Source of the DNA: an uncultured Bacilli bacterium
GTDB taxonomy: Bacteria > Bacillota_I > Bacilli_A > RF39 > UBA660
Assembly: GCA_947626095.1 (NCBI GenBank)
Contig: CANQQV010000006.1
Coordinates: 21,643-85,642, forward strand
Reading direction: 5' to 3'
DNA: 64,000 nt
The notes under the pieces: generated by a model
Told to the model about the DNA's origin: nothing
What the model saw: the letters and a program-made list of their open reading frames with translations, nothing else
Databases searched by the model: none
Shown here: positions 9,642-19,284 of the stretch, in pieces
Position numbering within the stretch: position 1 is the first letter of the stretch
Layout: each line of letters begins with the position of its first letter
Translations under genes and position numbers: made by a program

Positions 9642-10727
9642 ATGGGAGATAAAATGGAAAAGATTAGAGTTTTGCAAATTGGTTGTGGCAAGATGAGTGT
9701 TTTTACAATGCGTTATGTATTTGAACATGGGGCAAAAATTGTCGGAGCTGTAGATATTAATCCTAAACTTATTGGTAAAGATATTAGTGAGGTAATGGGT
9801 GGAGAAAAATGTAATGTTACAATTGCTGGAGTTAATGATTTAGCCAATTATATTAAATCTAGTAAACCACATATTGCTATAATTACGACAATGAGTTTAT
9901 TAAATGATATTAAAGATTTAGTAAGGACTTGTGTTAGCTTAGGGGTTAATGTTATTACGACTTGTGAAGAAGCATTCTTTGCTAGTAATTCTAATCCAAC
10001 TATTTATCATGAATTAGATGTTTTAGCTAAAGCTAATAAAGTTACAATCACAGGATGTGGATACCAAGATATATTTTGGGGCAACTTAATTAGTACTTTA
10101 GCAGGAACAACACATAAAATTACGAAAATAAAAGGTTCTTCGTCTTATAATGTTGAAGACTATGGAATAGCTTTAGCTAAAGCTCATGGAGCTGGCTTAA
10201 CTTTAGATGATTTTGATAAGTTAGTAGCGGCTAGTGATAAAATAAGTGAAGAAGAACGAAATAATATTATAAAATCGGGTAATTATGCACCATCTTATAT
10301 GTGGAATACAGTAGGGTGGTTGGCTGATAAATTACATTTAAATATTACTAGTATGAAACAAGAATGTATACCACAAACGCATGTGGAAGATTTAAATTCT
10401 AATACTTTAAATATGACAATTAAAGCGGGTAATGCAACAGGAATGAGTGCTTTAGTAACAGCTGAAACTAAAGAAGGTATTACAATTGAAGCTGAATGTA
10501 TTGGTAAAGTATATGCACCTGATGAAGTAGATACTAATGAATGGACAATTGTTGGCGAACCAGAAACAACAATTACAGTAAGACAACCTAATACGGTAGA
10601 ACTTACTTGTGCAGATATTGTCAATAGAATACCTGATGTTATTAATGCTAGACCTGGTTTTGTATCAACTAGTGAAATGGGTGAACCAACTTATCGTGTT
10701 GATAGTTTAGAAAAATATCTTAAATAA
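9642..10727 (+). CDS. Dihydrodipicolinate-reductase-like / 2,4-diaminopentanoate dehydrogenase-like NAD(P)-dependent oxidoreductase
   Basis: GCGKM Rossmann motif, GVNVITTCEE, VNRIPDVINARPG C-terminus. Confidence 0.75.
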   Translation: MGDKMEKIRVLQIGCGKMSVFTMRYVFEHGAKIVGAVDINPKLIGKDISEVMGGEKCNVTIAGVNDLANYIKSSKPHIAIITTMSLLNDIKDLVRTCVSLGVNVITTCEEAFFASNSNPTIYHELDVLAKANKVTITGCGYQDIFWGNLISTLAGTTHKITKIKGSSSYNVEDYGIALAKAHGAGLTLDDFDKLVAASDKISEEERNNIIKSGNYAPSYMWNTVGWLADKLHLNITSMKQECIPQTHVEDLNSNTLNMTIKAGNATGMSALVTAETKEGITIEAECIGKVYAPDEVDTNEWTIVGEPETTITVRQPNTVELTCADIVNRIPDVINARPGFVSTSEMGEPTYRVDSLEKYLK

Positions 10728-10739
10728 GATATTTTTTTC

Positions 10740-10896
10740 TTGCATAATTCTTAAGAGTTTTATATAATGAAAGTGACTTTTTTGCAAGAAAACTACATTT
10801 ATATATTTTTACAACATGGGCTAGATAGAAATATCTGCATTTTTGCGTTGTAGATGTAGCTAGATTTTATAATCTAGTTTTTTTGCGTTGTAAAAA
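10740..10896 (+). promoter_or_regulatory. Promoter plus attenuator-like 5' leader of the ABC operon
   Basis: TTGCAT-17-TATAAT; terminator CTAGATT-ttat-AATCTAG-T7 (10860-10884) lies before the RBS; competing helices. Confidence 0.6.
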
Positions 10897-10916
10897 GGTT
10901 AGAAAGGAGTGTAAAA

Positions 10917-11897
10917 ATGTCTTTCATCAATGTTAAACACATTAAAAAAACTTTTAAAGTAGCAAAAAAACAAACAGGAATAAAAGCTACTTTAAAAAAC
11001 TTTATTAAAAGAGATTACAAATATATTGAAGCGATAAAAGATATCTCTTTTGATATTGAAGAAGGTAGTATAGTTGGTTATATTGGCCAAAATGGAGCTG
11101 GTAAATCAACTACTATCAAAATTTTATCAGGTATTCTAATACCAGATAGTGGAGAAGTTACAGTAAATGGACTTAATCCATGGAAAGATCGTAAGAAGTA
11201 TGTTTCATCAATTGGTGTTGTATTTGGGCAACGTTCACAATTATGGTGGGATATTCCAGCAGAAGATACTTTTGATTTATTAAAAGATATCTATAAGATT
11301 GATGAACAAAAATTTAGAAAAAATAAAGAATACTTAATAAAATTATTAAACATTGAAGATATCATTCGTATTCCTGTAAGACAATTAAGTCTTGGTCAAC
11401 GAATGCGCTGTGAAATAGCTGCTTCACTTTTACATGAGCCGAAAATATTATTTTTAGATGAACCGACAATTGGATTAGATGCAATATCTAAACAAATAGT
11501 GAGAGATTTTATCAAAAAAATAAATAAAGAACAAAAAGTGACAGTTATTCTAACCACTCACGATATGAGTGACATTGAAGCCTTAGCCAAAAGAATAATA
11601 ATGATTGGTAATGGGTGTGTTGTTTATGATGGTACGTTAAATAACTTAAAGAAAAAATATGATCATCATAAATATGTATCGGTTACAACAAAAACAAAAT
11701 TAAGTAAATTAAGAAAGAAAGGAATTATTAAGCAAGAAAAAACAGGAGAGGGCTACAAATTTATGATTGATTCTGATACTTTAGCTATTTCTGATTTTCT
11801 AAACTATTTATCACTAAAAATTGATATTAAAGATTTAGAGATTGATGATGAATCGTTAGATAATATCATTATTAATCTTTATCAGTCAATTGAATGA
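10917..11897 (+). CDS. ABC-2 type exporter ATP-binding subunit
   Basis: GQNGAGKST, LSLGQ, LFLDEPTIGLD, TTHD. Confidence 0.92.
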   Translation: MSFINVKHIKKTFKVAKKQTGIKATLKNFIKRDYKYIEAIKDISFDIEEGSIVGYIGQNGAGKSTTIKILSGILIPDSGEVTVNGLNPWKDRKKYVSSIGVVFGQRSQLWWDIPAEDTFDLLKDIYKIDEQKFRKNKEYLIKLLNIEDIIRIPVRQLSLGQRMRCEIAASLLHEPKILFLDEPTIGLDAISKQIVRDFIKKINKEQKVTVILTTHDMSDIEALAKRIIMIGNGCVVYDGTLNNLKKKYDHHKYVSVTTKTKLSKLRKKGIIKQEKTGEGYKFMIDSDTLAISDFLNYLSLKIDIKDLEIDDESLDNIIINLYQSIE

Positions 11898-12700
11898 AAC
11901 AATATATATCATTTTTTAAATTAAAATTTAGTGTTGGTTTACAATATAGAGCAGCAGCAATAGCTGGACTTTGTACACAGTTATTCTTTGGTTTAGTATT
12001 TATTATGGTTTATATAGCTTTTTATGGTTCAGGAGATGCAAGTAATGTTGATATTAGTTTAAGGCAGTTAATTACTTATATGTGGTTAAATCAAGCTTTC
12101 TTTGCCTTAATATATATTTGGCATAGAGATAATGAAATATTAAATATGATAAGAAATGGAGATGTAGCTTATGAGTTATGTCGTCCACAAAATCTATATT
12201 TAATGTGGTTTACGAGAATATTATCTTCGAAGTTATCATCAGTAACATTAAGGTGTATTCCACTTATTCTAATAGCTTTAGTATTACCAGAACCATATAA
12301 CTTAACTTTACCATGTAGTATTAGTTCATTTATAATATTTTTAATAGTTTTAGCATTATCTTCATTATTAGTAACAGCCTTAGTAACTTTAATATACATT
12401 CTAACTTTTTATACAACTGATGGTAAAGGAGTTATGGGGATGTATTCAAGTATAGCTGAAATATTAAGTGGTCAAATAGTACCTATTCCTTTATTTCCAA
12501 CGATTTTAAAAGGGGTTGTTTCGCTTTTACCATTTGCTTATATAAGTGATTTTGCTTTTCGTATATATTGTGGAAATATAGTAGGTATAGAGATGTGGCA
12601 AGGAATTATAGTACAAATATTTTGGGTAGTAGTAATAATCTTTATAGGAATGAAGTTAACGGATAAAATATTACAAAGAGTGGTAGTTCAAGGTGGATAA
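11894..12700 (+). CDS. ABC-2 family permease (DUF990-like)
   Basis: Six TM segments, IRNGDVAYELCRP, C-terminal VVVQGG. Confidence 0.85.
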   Translation: MKQYISFFKLKFSVGLQYRAAAIAGLCTQLFFGLVFIMVYIAFYGSGDASNVDISLRQLITYMWLNQAFFALIYIWHRDNEILNMIRNGDVAYELCRPQNLYLMWFTRILSSKLSSVTLRCIPLILIALVLPEPYNLTLPCSISSFIIFLIVLALSSLLVTALVTLIYILTFYTTDGKGVMGMYSSIAEILSGQIVPIPLFPTILKGVVSLLPFAYISDFAFRIYCGNIVGIEMWQGIIVQIFWVVVIIFIGMKLTDKILQRVVVQGG

Positions 12701-13476
12701 TGAAAGTATATAAAGATTACCTAAAATTACATTTAAAATCTATTTTGGAATATAAAGCTTCGTTTATTTTATCGTTAATAGCACAAATATTTGTCTTCTT
12801 TACCTATTACTTTGTTATTTTAACTTTATTTGATAAGTTTAAGAATTTACAAGGATTTAATATATACGAAATATTACTTACTTTTAGTATAATTCATTTT
12901 GGTTATTCAATGAATGAAACATTTGCCAGAGGAATAGATCAATTTGATCGTTTGGTTGTTAATGGAGATTTTGATCGTATTTTACTTAGACCACAAAATA
13001 TTTTAATGCAAACAATGGGATTTCAAATAGATTATGTTAAAACAGCTAGAATCGTTCAAAGTTTAATTATTCTTATTTATGCACTGATTAGATTAGATAT
13101 TGAATGGAATATATTAAGAATATTATCTATTATATTAATGATTATAAGTAGTATTATTATATTCTTTTGTATCTTTTTAATAGCTGCTTCATATTGTTTT
13201 TTAACAGTTCAAGGTTTAGAAGTAAGAAATGTTTTTACAGATGGTGGTAAGCATTGTGCTCAGTATCCAATTGGGATATATAATAAGGCATTTAGAAGAG
13301 TATTTACCTTTATTATTCCTTATGCTTTAGTTAATTATTATCCTTTATTATACTTAATTGGTAAAAGTAATAATGCTTTATATGCTTTACTTCCTTTAGT
13401 AGTTATAATTTACTTAATACCTAGTATTTGGATCTTTAATAAAGGCTCAAAAAAGTATTTAAGTACTGGTTCATAA
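12700..13476 (+). CDS. ABC-2 family permease (DUF990-like)
   Basis: NGDFDRILLRP, YPIGIY, C-terminal YLSTGS. Confidence 0.85.
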   Translation: MKVYKDYLKLHLKSILEYKASFILSLIAQIFVFFTYYFVILTLFDKFKNLQGFNIYEILLTFSIIHFGYSMNETFARGIDQFDRLVVNGDFDRILLRPQNILMQTMGFQIDYVKTARIVQSLIILIYALIRLDIEWNILRILSIILMIISSIIIFFCIFLIAASYCFLTVQGLEVRNVFTDGGKHCAQYPIGIYNKAFRRVFTFIIPYALVNYYPLLYLIGKSNNALYALLPLVVIIYLIPSIWIFNKGSKKYLSTGS

Positions 13477-13479
13477 GAA

Positions 13480-13509
13480 AAAAGATTTTAGTTAATTCTA
13501 AAATCTTTT
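13480..13509. terminator. Bidirectional terminator
   Basis: AAAAGATTTTAG-ttaatt-CTAAAATCTTTT between convergent genes. Confidence 0.7.
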
Positions 13510-14149
13510 ATATTTTCATCTTTTTATAAAATAATTTAATATAGATGATTAAATAAGCCATAGATATAGCATAACCAGCTAAGACATCGCTAGCGAAATG
13601 AACACCTAAATAGATTCTACTAATACCGATTAATAAAACTAATAGAGCGATTAAAGAAGAATATAATAGTTTGTATTTCATTTTCATTTTTTTATGATCA
13701 ATGATATAAAGAAAAAAGCCATAATAAGCTAAACTAATCATAGAGTGTCCTGATGGGAAACTATAGCCGTTTTCAATTATTAAATTAATATCTAGTGGAC
13801 GATCACGAACAAAGATAAACTTTAATGTTTGATTAAGGATATAGCATAGTAAAATATTTAAAGCAATTAGAAAAGCATTCTTTTTACTTTTACTAAAGAT
13901 CATGATTAGGATAGTTGATATTAGAATAAACCAGGTACTACATAAGAAAGATATAAATTTAAAGAAGATAGTAACTGGCTTACATTTTAGTTTGATAATC
14001 ATATTATAAATATAATTATCGAAGTTACTTACATTATTTGTAAGAAGTAAATACATCATAAAAAGGAAAATTAAGATACTTAAAGTAAAGATAACTTTTT
14101 TCCAATATTTACGGCATAAAGACAAAGTTTTATTCATCACTATCACCAA
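13508..14149 (-). CDS. PAP2-family membrane phosphatase
   Basis: KxxxxRxRP, SFPSGH, SRIYLGVHFASDV. Confidence 0.92.
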   Translation of the reverse strand: MVIVMNKTLSLCRKYWKKVIFTLSILIFLFMMYLLLTNNVSNFDNYIYNMIIKLKCKPVTIFFKFISFLCSTWFILISTILIMIFSKSKKNAFLIALNILLCYILNQTLKFIFVRDRPLDINLIIENGYSFPSGHSMISLAYYGFFLYIIDHKKMKMKYKLLYSSLIALLVLLIGISRIYLGVHFASDVLAGYAISMAYLIIYIKLFYKKMKI

Positions 14150-14699
14150 AATAGATATCTAATATTTCTTTATATCTTTTAATTAACTTAGGATTAGCTT
14201 CTTTCTTCTTAGCTATATTGTAGACTTCACGATATAACCAACAATTTTCTTCTTTGGTACCACCGGTTGTTTTCCAAATACGATCGCCGTTTTTTAAGTA
14301 GTTATTATAATATGCTAACAAAAGATGTAATTTGTCAGCGACCATGATGTTAATAACATTGATATCATCGTTATTTCTTATTCTTCTAATATATTCTTTT
14401 TTTCTTTCTAACCATTTAGTTATTGACATATCTTCCGATAAATCAGAGACCATATCTGCTACTAAAGTACCAAATTTTTCTTCAATCTCTTCATAACCAT
14501 ATTCTGTATCATTAATAATATCGTGTAATAAAGCGGATACTAAAACATCTTCAGCAGCGTTAATGTCTCTAATCATTGTATAAACAACCATGGCGTGAAA
14601 GCATTTATCTATATTTTCGCTTTTCATTTTAATTCCGCGATTAGCTTTAACCATAAAATATATGGCTTCTTCAACACTTGAATACATATTACCACCCAT
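14130..14699 (-). CDS. HD-domain protein, small alarmone hydrolase (Mesh1/SpoT-HD)-like
   Basis: SALLHD, IEEKFGxxVADMVxxLSED, ADKLH. Confidence 0.75.
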   Translation of the reverse strand: MGGNMYSSVEEAIYFMVKANRGIKMKSENIDKCFHAMVVYTMIRDINAAEDVLVSALLHDIINDTEYGYEEIEEKFGTLVADMVSDLSEDMSITKWLERKKEYIRRIRNNDDINVINIMVADKLHLLLAYYNNYLKNGDRIWKTTGGTKEENCWLYREVYNIAKKKEANPKLIKRYKEILDIYFGDSDE

Positions 14700-14846
14700 T
14701 CTCTACCTTATATTATATATTTTATATTAAAATAGGGGATTTGCCAAAGAAAAATGTCAAATGAGAAGAAATACTTGACAAGTATAGACTAGAATTAGCT
14801 TATGAATGAAAAAATTATTTAAAATATTTAATCGTTTAATTTGCAC

Positions 14847-14888
14847 TATGTGCAATATTACTATCAGTAGTTACTGTTAGTGCAGCTA
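14847..14888 (+). repeat. 42-bp direct repeat, copy 1 (signal-peptide h/c region)
   Basis: TATGTGCAATATTACTATCAGTAGTTACTGTTAGTGCAGCTA, identical to 16173-16214. Confidence 0.95.
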
Positions 14889-15946
14889 ATACTTGCGATC
14901 TACCAGCTGATGGTAAAAACTGGACAAAAGCTGGTGAATGTGAAGCAACAGTTAATGGTGTTGATTTTGACGATGCAACTACAGCTTGGGGTGTTGCAGC
15001 TAGAGATGGTGGAACTATTAAACTTTATATTGATATTCCAAGAAATACTGCATCTGCTATAGCAAAATCTTTAGTAATGGATTTAAACGGACACAAAGTG
15101 ACTTTTGGTGCTGGTGGTCAATATGCAGCAGACAATGGTGTAACTTTAACTGTAAAAAATGGCGAAGTGGTTCTTGGTAATCCTACTGTAGTTGCATTTA
15201 TTGTAAAAACTGGAGGAAGTTTGAACTTAACAAACCTAAAAATTACAGGTGCTGCTTATAGTTGGTCTTTAGTAGAAAATAGCGGCATTTTAAATATCGC
15301 TAGTGATGTTAATGTAGATTTACCAAAAGCTAATGTTGTTTATACTTCTAAAGCTGGTGCTAAAACTACTTTAAATGGTAAATATAATGTTAATACTATA
15401 GTTGGAGTTGATCCTAGAACTGATGAAGTAGAAAGAAAAGGATCAGTTTCTACAATAGCTGTTAATGGTACATATACTACAGCAGCCAATGCATTAAGCG
15501 TTACTGATGGTGTTGTTGTTACTGTTGCTGCTGATATTGAAAGTGATAATTCTATAGCAGTTGTTAATGGTGGTAGCTTAGTAGTAAATAGCGGTGATTT
15601 ATATTCTGCTGCAAGTGCTTCTGCAAATGTTCCAGCTATTAAAGTTGCAGGATCTACTGATGCTACAAAACTAACTGTTAATGGCGGTACTATTGCTAGT
15701 AAAAACAATTATGCATTATATTTAATGAATACAAAAGCTGCTTATTCAATTACTGATGGTACATTTGAAAGTGCTAAAGCTCTTAGTGCTGCAATTGGAC
15801 TATACACTGGTTTCACTGAAACTAAAGATGGTGAAACACATGTTGTTCCAGCATTAAAAGGAATCTTAACTGGTGGTAAATATTTGAATAATATTATTGC
15901 TAAAGTATTAAATGCTGATCAAGGTACTGTTGTTGTTTCAGATGAA

Positions 15947-16136
15947 TTAGTTGCAGAAGGTTACACAGTTAAAGAAGAAGATAACTACAAAGTAGTAGTT
16001 TCAACAAAAGCAGAAAATGATAAGAAACCTGCTGCTAAGCCAGAAGAACAAGCTCCAAACACATATGATGCAGGTCTTGTATATATGGGATTAGCATTAA
16101 GTGCAATCGGTGCAAGTGTTGTTTCTGTTAGAAAAT
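15947..16136 (+). repeat. 190-bp direct repeat, copy 1 (anchor region)
   Basis: Matches 17378-17567 with 4 mismatches counted by eye. Confidence 0.92.
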
Positions 16137-16172
16137 TAAGAAATAACTAATTATTGATTTAAGAAAACGAAG

Positions 16173-16214
16173 TATGTGCAATATTACTATCAGTAGTTAC
16201 TGTTAGTGCAGCTA
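16173..16214 (+). repeat. 42-bp direct repeat, copy 2
   Basis: Identical to 14847-14888. Confidence 0.95.
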
Positions 16215-17377
16215 GTAGTGCTTGCTATATTGAAGGAAAAGAAGCTCAATCATCATCTAAACCAGTAAAATGTGTTGCTGAAGTTAATGGTGAAGGTTAC
16301 GACAATGTAGGTAATGCTATGACTGAAGCTATAGCAACAGGTGGATATATTACTTTATATGATAATGTAACTTATTCTACTGATAAAACTGTAGCAAAAA
16401 ATTTAACAATGAATTTAAATAATCATACTGCAGTATTTGGTACTAATAAAATGACTGTTGCTAAAGATGTTACATTAAGTGTTAATGGTGGTAAAGTTAC
16501 TGCTGGTAATGTTGTTCCATTTGTTGTTAATGGTACTTTAGTATTAGAAAATGTTACTGCAACAACTGATACTCAATTGCTAGAAAATAATGGAACAGTT
16601 ACTATTACAAATGGTACTTATACAACTGAAGCTAAAACACTTTCAGTAATTGAAAATAAAGGTACATTAACTGTGACAAATGCTAAATTTGTTGCACAAA
16701 AATTAACTACAGGTAGTCTTGTTAATAATGCTGGAACAGTAACTATGACTAATTTAGATGTTGATACAACTGGTGCATTACTTACAGTTGCAGCTCATGG
16801 TTCAAAAGCTACATTAGCTGGTGGATTATATGATGCTACTGCTGTTGTAAAAACAGCTTTAAGTGCACCACCTGCATCTCATGGAGGTGTAGCAGCTACT
16901 GTTACTATCAATGGTGGTACTTATAACACTACAGGTACAGCTTTATATGCAAATTATGGCATGAGTTTAAATGTTACTGGTGGTACTATAACTTCTAAAG
17001 ATCAAGGATTACATTTATATGATGCTACTGCTGTTATTTCAGGTGGTACTATCAATTCTACTACAGCTACAGTTATAACAACAGGTGCTGGTAATGCTTC
17101 TTTAACAGTATCAGGTGGAACTCTTAAATCTGAAGGTTCTTATCCATTATATTTCCAAAATAATAATGCAACATATGCTATAAGTGGTGGAACATTTGAA
17201 GCTAAAATTGAAGATCGTCCAGCTATTATGATTAGCAACTTAACAACTATTAAAGATGGTAAGACTGAAGTTGCTAAAGCTTACAAAGGAATTTTAACTG
17301 GTGGTAAGTACTTAAATAATATTATCGCTGGAGCAATTGTTGATAATAAAGGTGCAACAGTTGATGTAACTAATGAT

Positions 17378-17567
17378 TTAGTTGCAGAAGGTTACACAGT
17401 AAAAGAAGAAGGTAACTACAAAGTAGTAGTTTCAACAAAAGCAGAAAATGATAAGAAACCAGCTGCTAAACCAGAAGAACAAGCTCCAAACACATATGAT
17501 GCAGGTCTTGTATATATGGGATTAGCATTAAGTGCAATCGGTGCAAGTGTTGTTTCTGTTAGAAAAT
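17378..17567 (+). repeat. 190-bp direct repeat, copy 2
   Basis: Matches 15947-16136. Confidence 0.92.
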
Positions 17568-17569
17568 AT

Positions 17570-17601
17570 AAAAGAGTTCTAATTATTTTTAGAACTCTTT
17601 T
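17570..17601. terminator. Bidirectional terminator
   Basis: AAAAGAGTTCTAA-ttattt-TTAGAACTCTTTT. Confidence 0.7.
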
Positions 17602-19237
17602 TATATTTACTTTGTTCGTTTAACTCTTGATAGTATAAGACAGTATTCTTATCATAGTATCTTATTTCACCACTAGGTAACATTAACATTCTTTCAACAC
17701 CTAAATTATCAACAAATTCAGGATTATGAGAAACGATTAACATAGTACCTTCATATTCTTTAAAAGTATCAGCAATAATTTTTTGGGTTTCGGGATCTAA
17801 ATGGTTAGTAGGTTCATCTAAGATAAGTAGGTTAGCGCCGGTTAGAGCTAGCTTAGCTAAAGCTACACGACTTCTTTCACCAGGAGATAGGTATGATACT
17901 TTTTTATATACTTCATCACCAGAGAATAAGAAGTTACCTAAAAATGCTCTTAATTCTTTAGTACTTAGATTAAATTCAGAGAAGTTTTCTAAGATTATTT
18001 TTTCGTTATCAAGTAGTTCGTGTTCTTGGGCATAATAACCGATTTCAGTTTTTTCATTTAAGTCAATTGTGCCAGATAAAGGTGTTAATGAACCGACAAT
18101 TAACTTTAGAAGAGTTGATTTACCAATACCGTTTTCACCGACAATTAAGAATTTTTCGCCTCGACTTAAATCAAAAGTTAAGTTATCTAATAAAATATGA
18201 TTTTCATTATAACCAAATTTTAAGTTTTCAACTTTTAATGGAACAACGCCACTTGGATGATTAATTTTTATTTTAAATCTAGTAGTTTTTTGTTTCTTTT
18301 CTAGAGTAACTTTATTTTCTTCTAAACGAGCAAGTTTTTTCTGACGGTCTTTAGCTATTCGAGCTTTCTTTTCATTACCACCAATATATTTAGCAATTAT
18401 TCTTTTTAATTTTTCTTCTTCTTTAACTTGTTTATCATATATTCTTTCTTGAGTTTTTAATCGCTCATTTCTGATTTTCATATACTTTTCATAGTTACCA
18501 GGAAATAATTCCATTTTATGAGTAGCTTTATCAACATATAATGTTTGAGTAGTTACTTGATCTAAGAATTCAATATCATGAGATATAACTAAGATAGTAC
18601 CATTATAATTTCTTAAATAGTTAATAATATAATCTTTGGTATCAATATCTAAGTGGTTAGTAGGTTCATCTAAGAGTAATATTTCGGGATTAGAATAGAG
18701 TAGTCTAGCAAAGGCGATTTTACTTTTTTGACCTCCTGATAGATTGCATAGTTTCATATCAAGTAATTCACTATCTATATTCATACCGGTTACTATTTTA
18801 AGTAAAATATTTTCGGCGTTGTAAACTTCATAGTATTCTAGTTTTTCTTGAAGTTTGCCAATTTGTTTCATTATATATTTTATTTTTTGTTCATCAGTTT
18901 CTGTACTGGCATCAGTATAGGCTTTAGATAATTCAGCTTCTAATTTTTTAATTGGTCTACCATCTAAAAGATAATCAAAGACTGATATATCCATACTAGG
19001 TATTTCATCGCTGATTACTTGAGGTAAAAAACCAATACGAGTACCAGGTTTTAAAATTATTTTACCATTATCAGGTTCTAATTTACCCATAATTAATTTA
19101 AAGAAAGTTGATTTACCAGCACCATTCATACCAATAATACCAACTTTTTCTTTATCTTTAATTTGAATAGTGACATCATCGAATATTTCTTGCAAACCAA
19201 AAGACATAGATAAGTTTTTAATATTCATATGTATCAC
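17579..19237 (-). CDS. ABC-F family ribosome-associated ATPase
   Basis: Two ABC domains (GMNGAGKS/LSGGQ/LDEPTNHLD and GENGIGKS/LSPGE/LDEPTNHLD), PGNY linker, no TM. Confidence 0.92.
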   Translation of the reverse strand: MIHMNIKNLSMSFGLQEIFDDVTIQIKDKEKVGIIGMNGAGKSTFFKLIMGKLEPDNGKIILKPGTRIGFLPQVISDEIPSMDISVFDYLLDGRPIKKLEAELSKAYTDASTETDEQKIKYIMKQIGKLQEKLEYYEVYNAENILLKIVTGMNIDSELLDMKLCNLSGGQKSKIAFARLLYSNPEILLLDEPTNHLDIDTKDYIINYLRNYNGTILVISHDIEFLDQVTTQTLYVDKATHKMELFPGNYEKYMKIRNERLKTQERIYDKQVKEEEKLKRIIAKYIGGNEKKARIAKDRQKKLARLEENKVTLEKKQKTTRFKIKINHPSGVVPLKVENLKFGYNENHILLDNLTFDLSRGEKFLIVGENGIGKSTLLKLIVGSLTPLSGTIDLNEKTEIGYYAQEHELLDNEKIILENFSEFNLSTKELRAFLGNFLFSGDEVYKKVSYLSPGERSRVALAKLALTGANLLILDEPTNHLDPETQKIIADTFKEYEGTMLIVSHNPEFVDNLGVERMLMLPSGEIRYYDKNTVLYYQELNEQSKYKKSSKNN

Positions 19238-19284
19238 CTCGCACTTAATATAATAACATAAAAATAGAAGATAATTAATATCTT

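Larger units (their letters stand above)
14840..16150 (+). pseudogene. Surface-protein cassette 1 (beta-strand-rich repeats, C-terminal APNTYD + TM + basic anchor) with a broken start
   Basis: Frame open from 14840 (FALCAILLSVVTVSA...) to TAA 16150; the upstream MKKLFK start is out of frame and TAA at 14837-14839 blocks the frame. The track ATG at 15077 is internal. Confidence 0.75.
16163..17623 (+). pseudogene. Surface-protein cassette 2, no start codon or RBS, native stop missing
   Basis: Frame opens after TAA 16160-16162 and reads CAILLSVVTVSA with no upstream start; homology to cassette 1 ends at ...SVRK (17567), then the frame reads through a terminator hairpin. Confidence 0.75.

Noticed and set aside
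10295-12399. Minus-strand ORFs 10295-10624 and 12169-12399
   Set aside because: Antisense shadows inside well-supported genes.
14880-15708. ORFs 14880-15062 (+) and 15340-15708 (-)
   Set aside because: Alternative-frame and antisense overlaps of cassette 1; the real frame is continuous from 14840.
15077-17623. Treating track ORFs 15077-16150 and 16319-17623 as complete genes
   Set aside because: Their ATGs are internal. Both frames extend upstream into a signal-peptide remnant, and anchored proteins without a signal peptide would not be exported.
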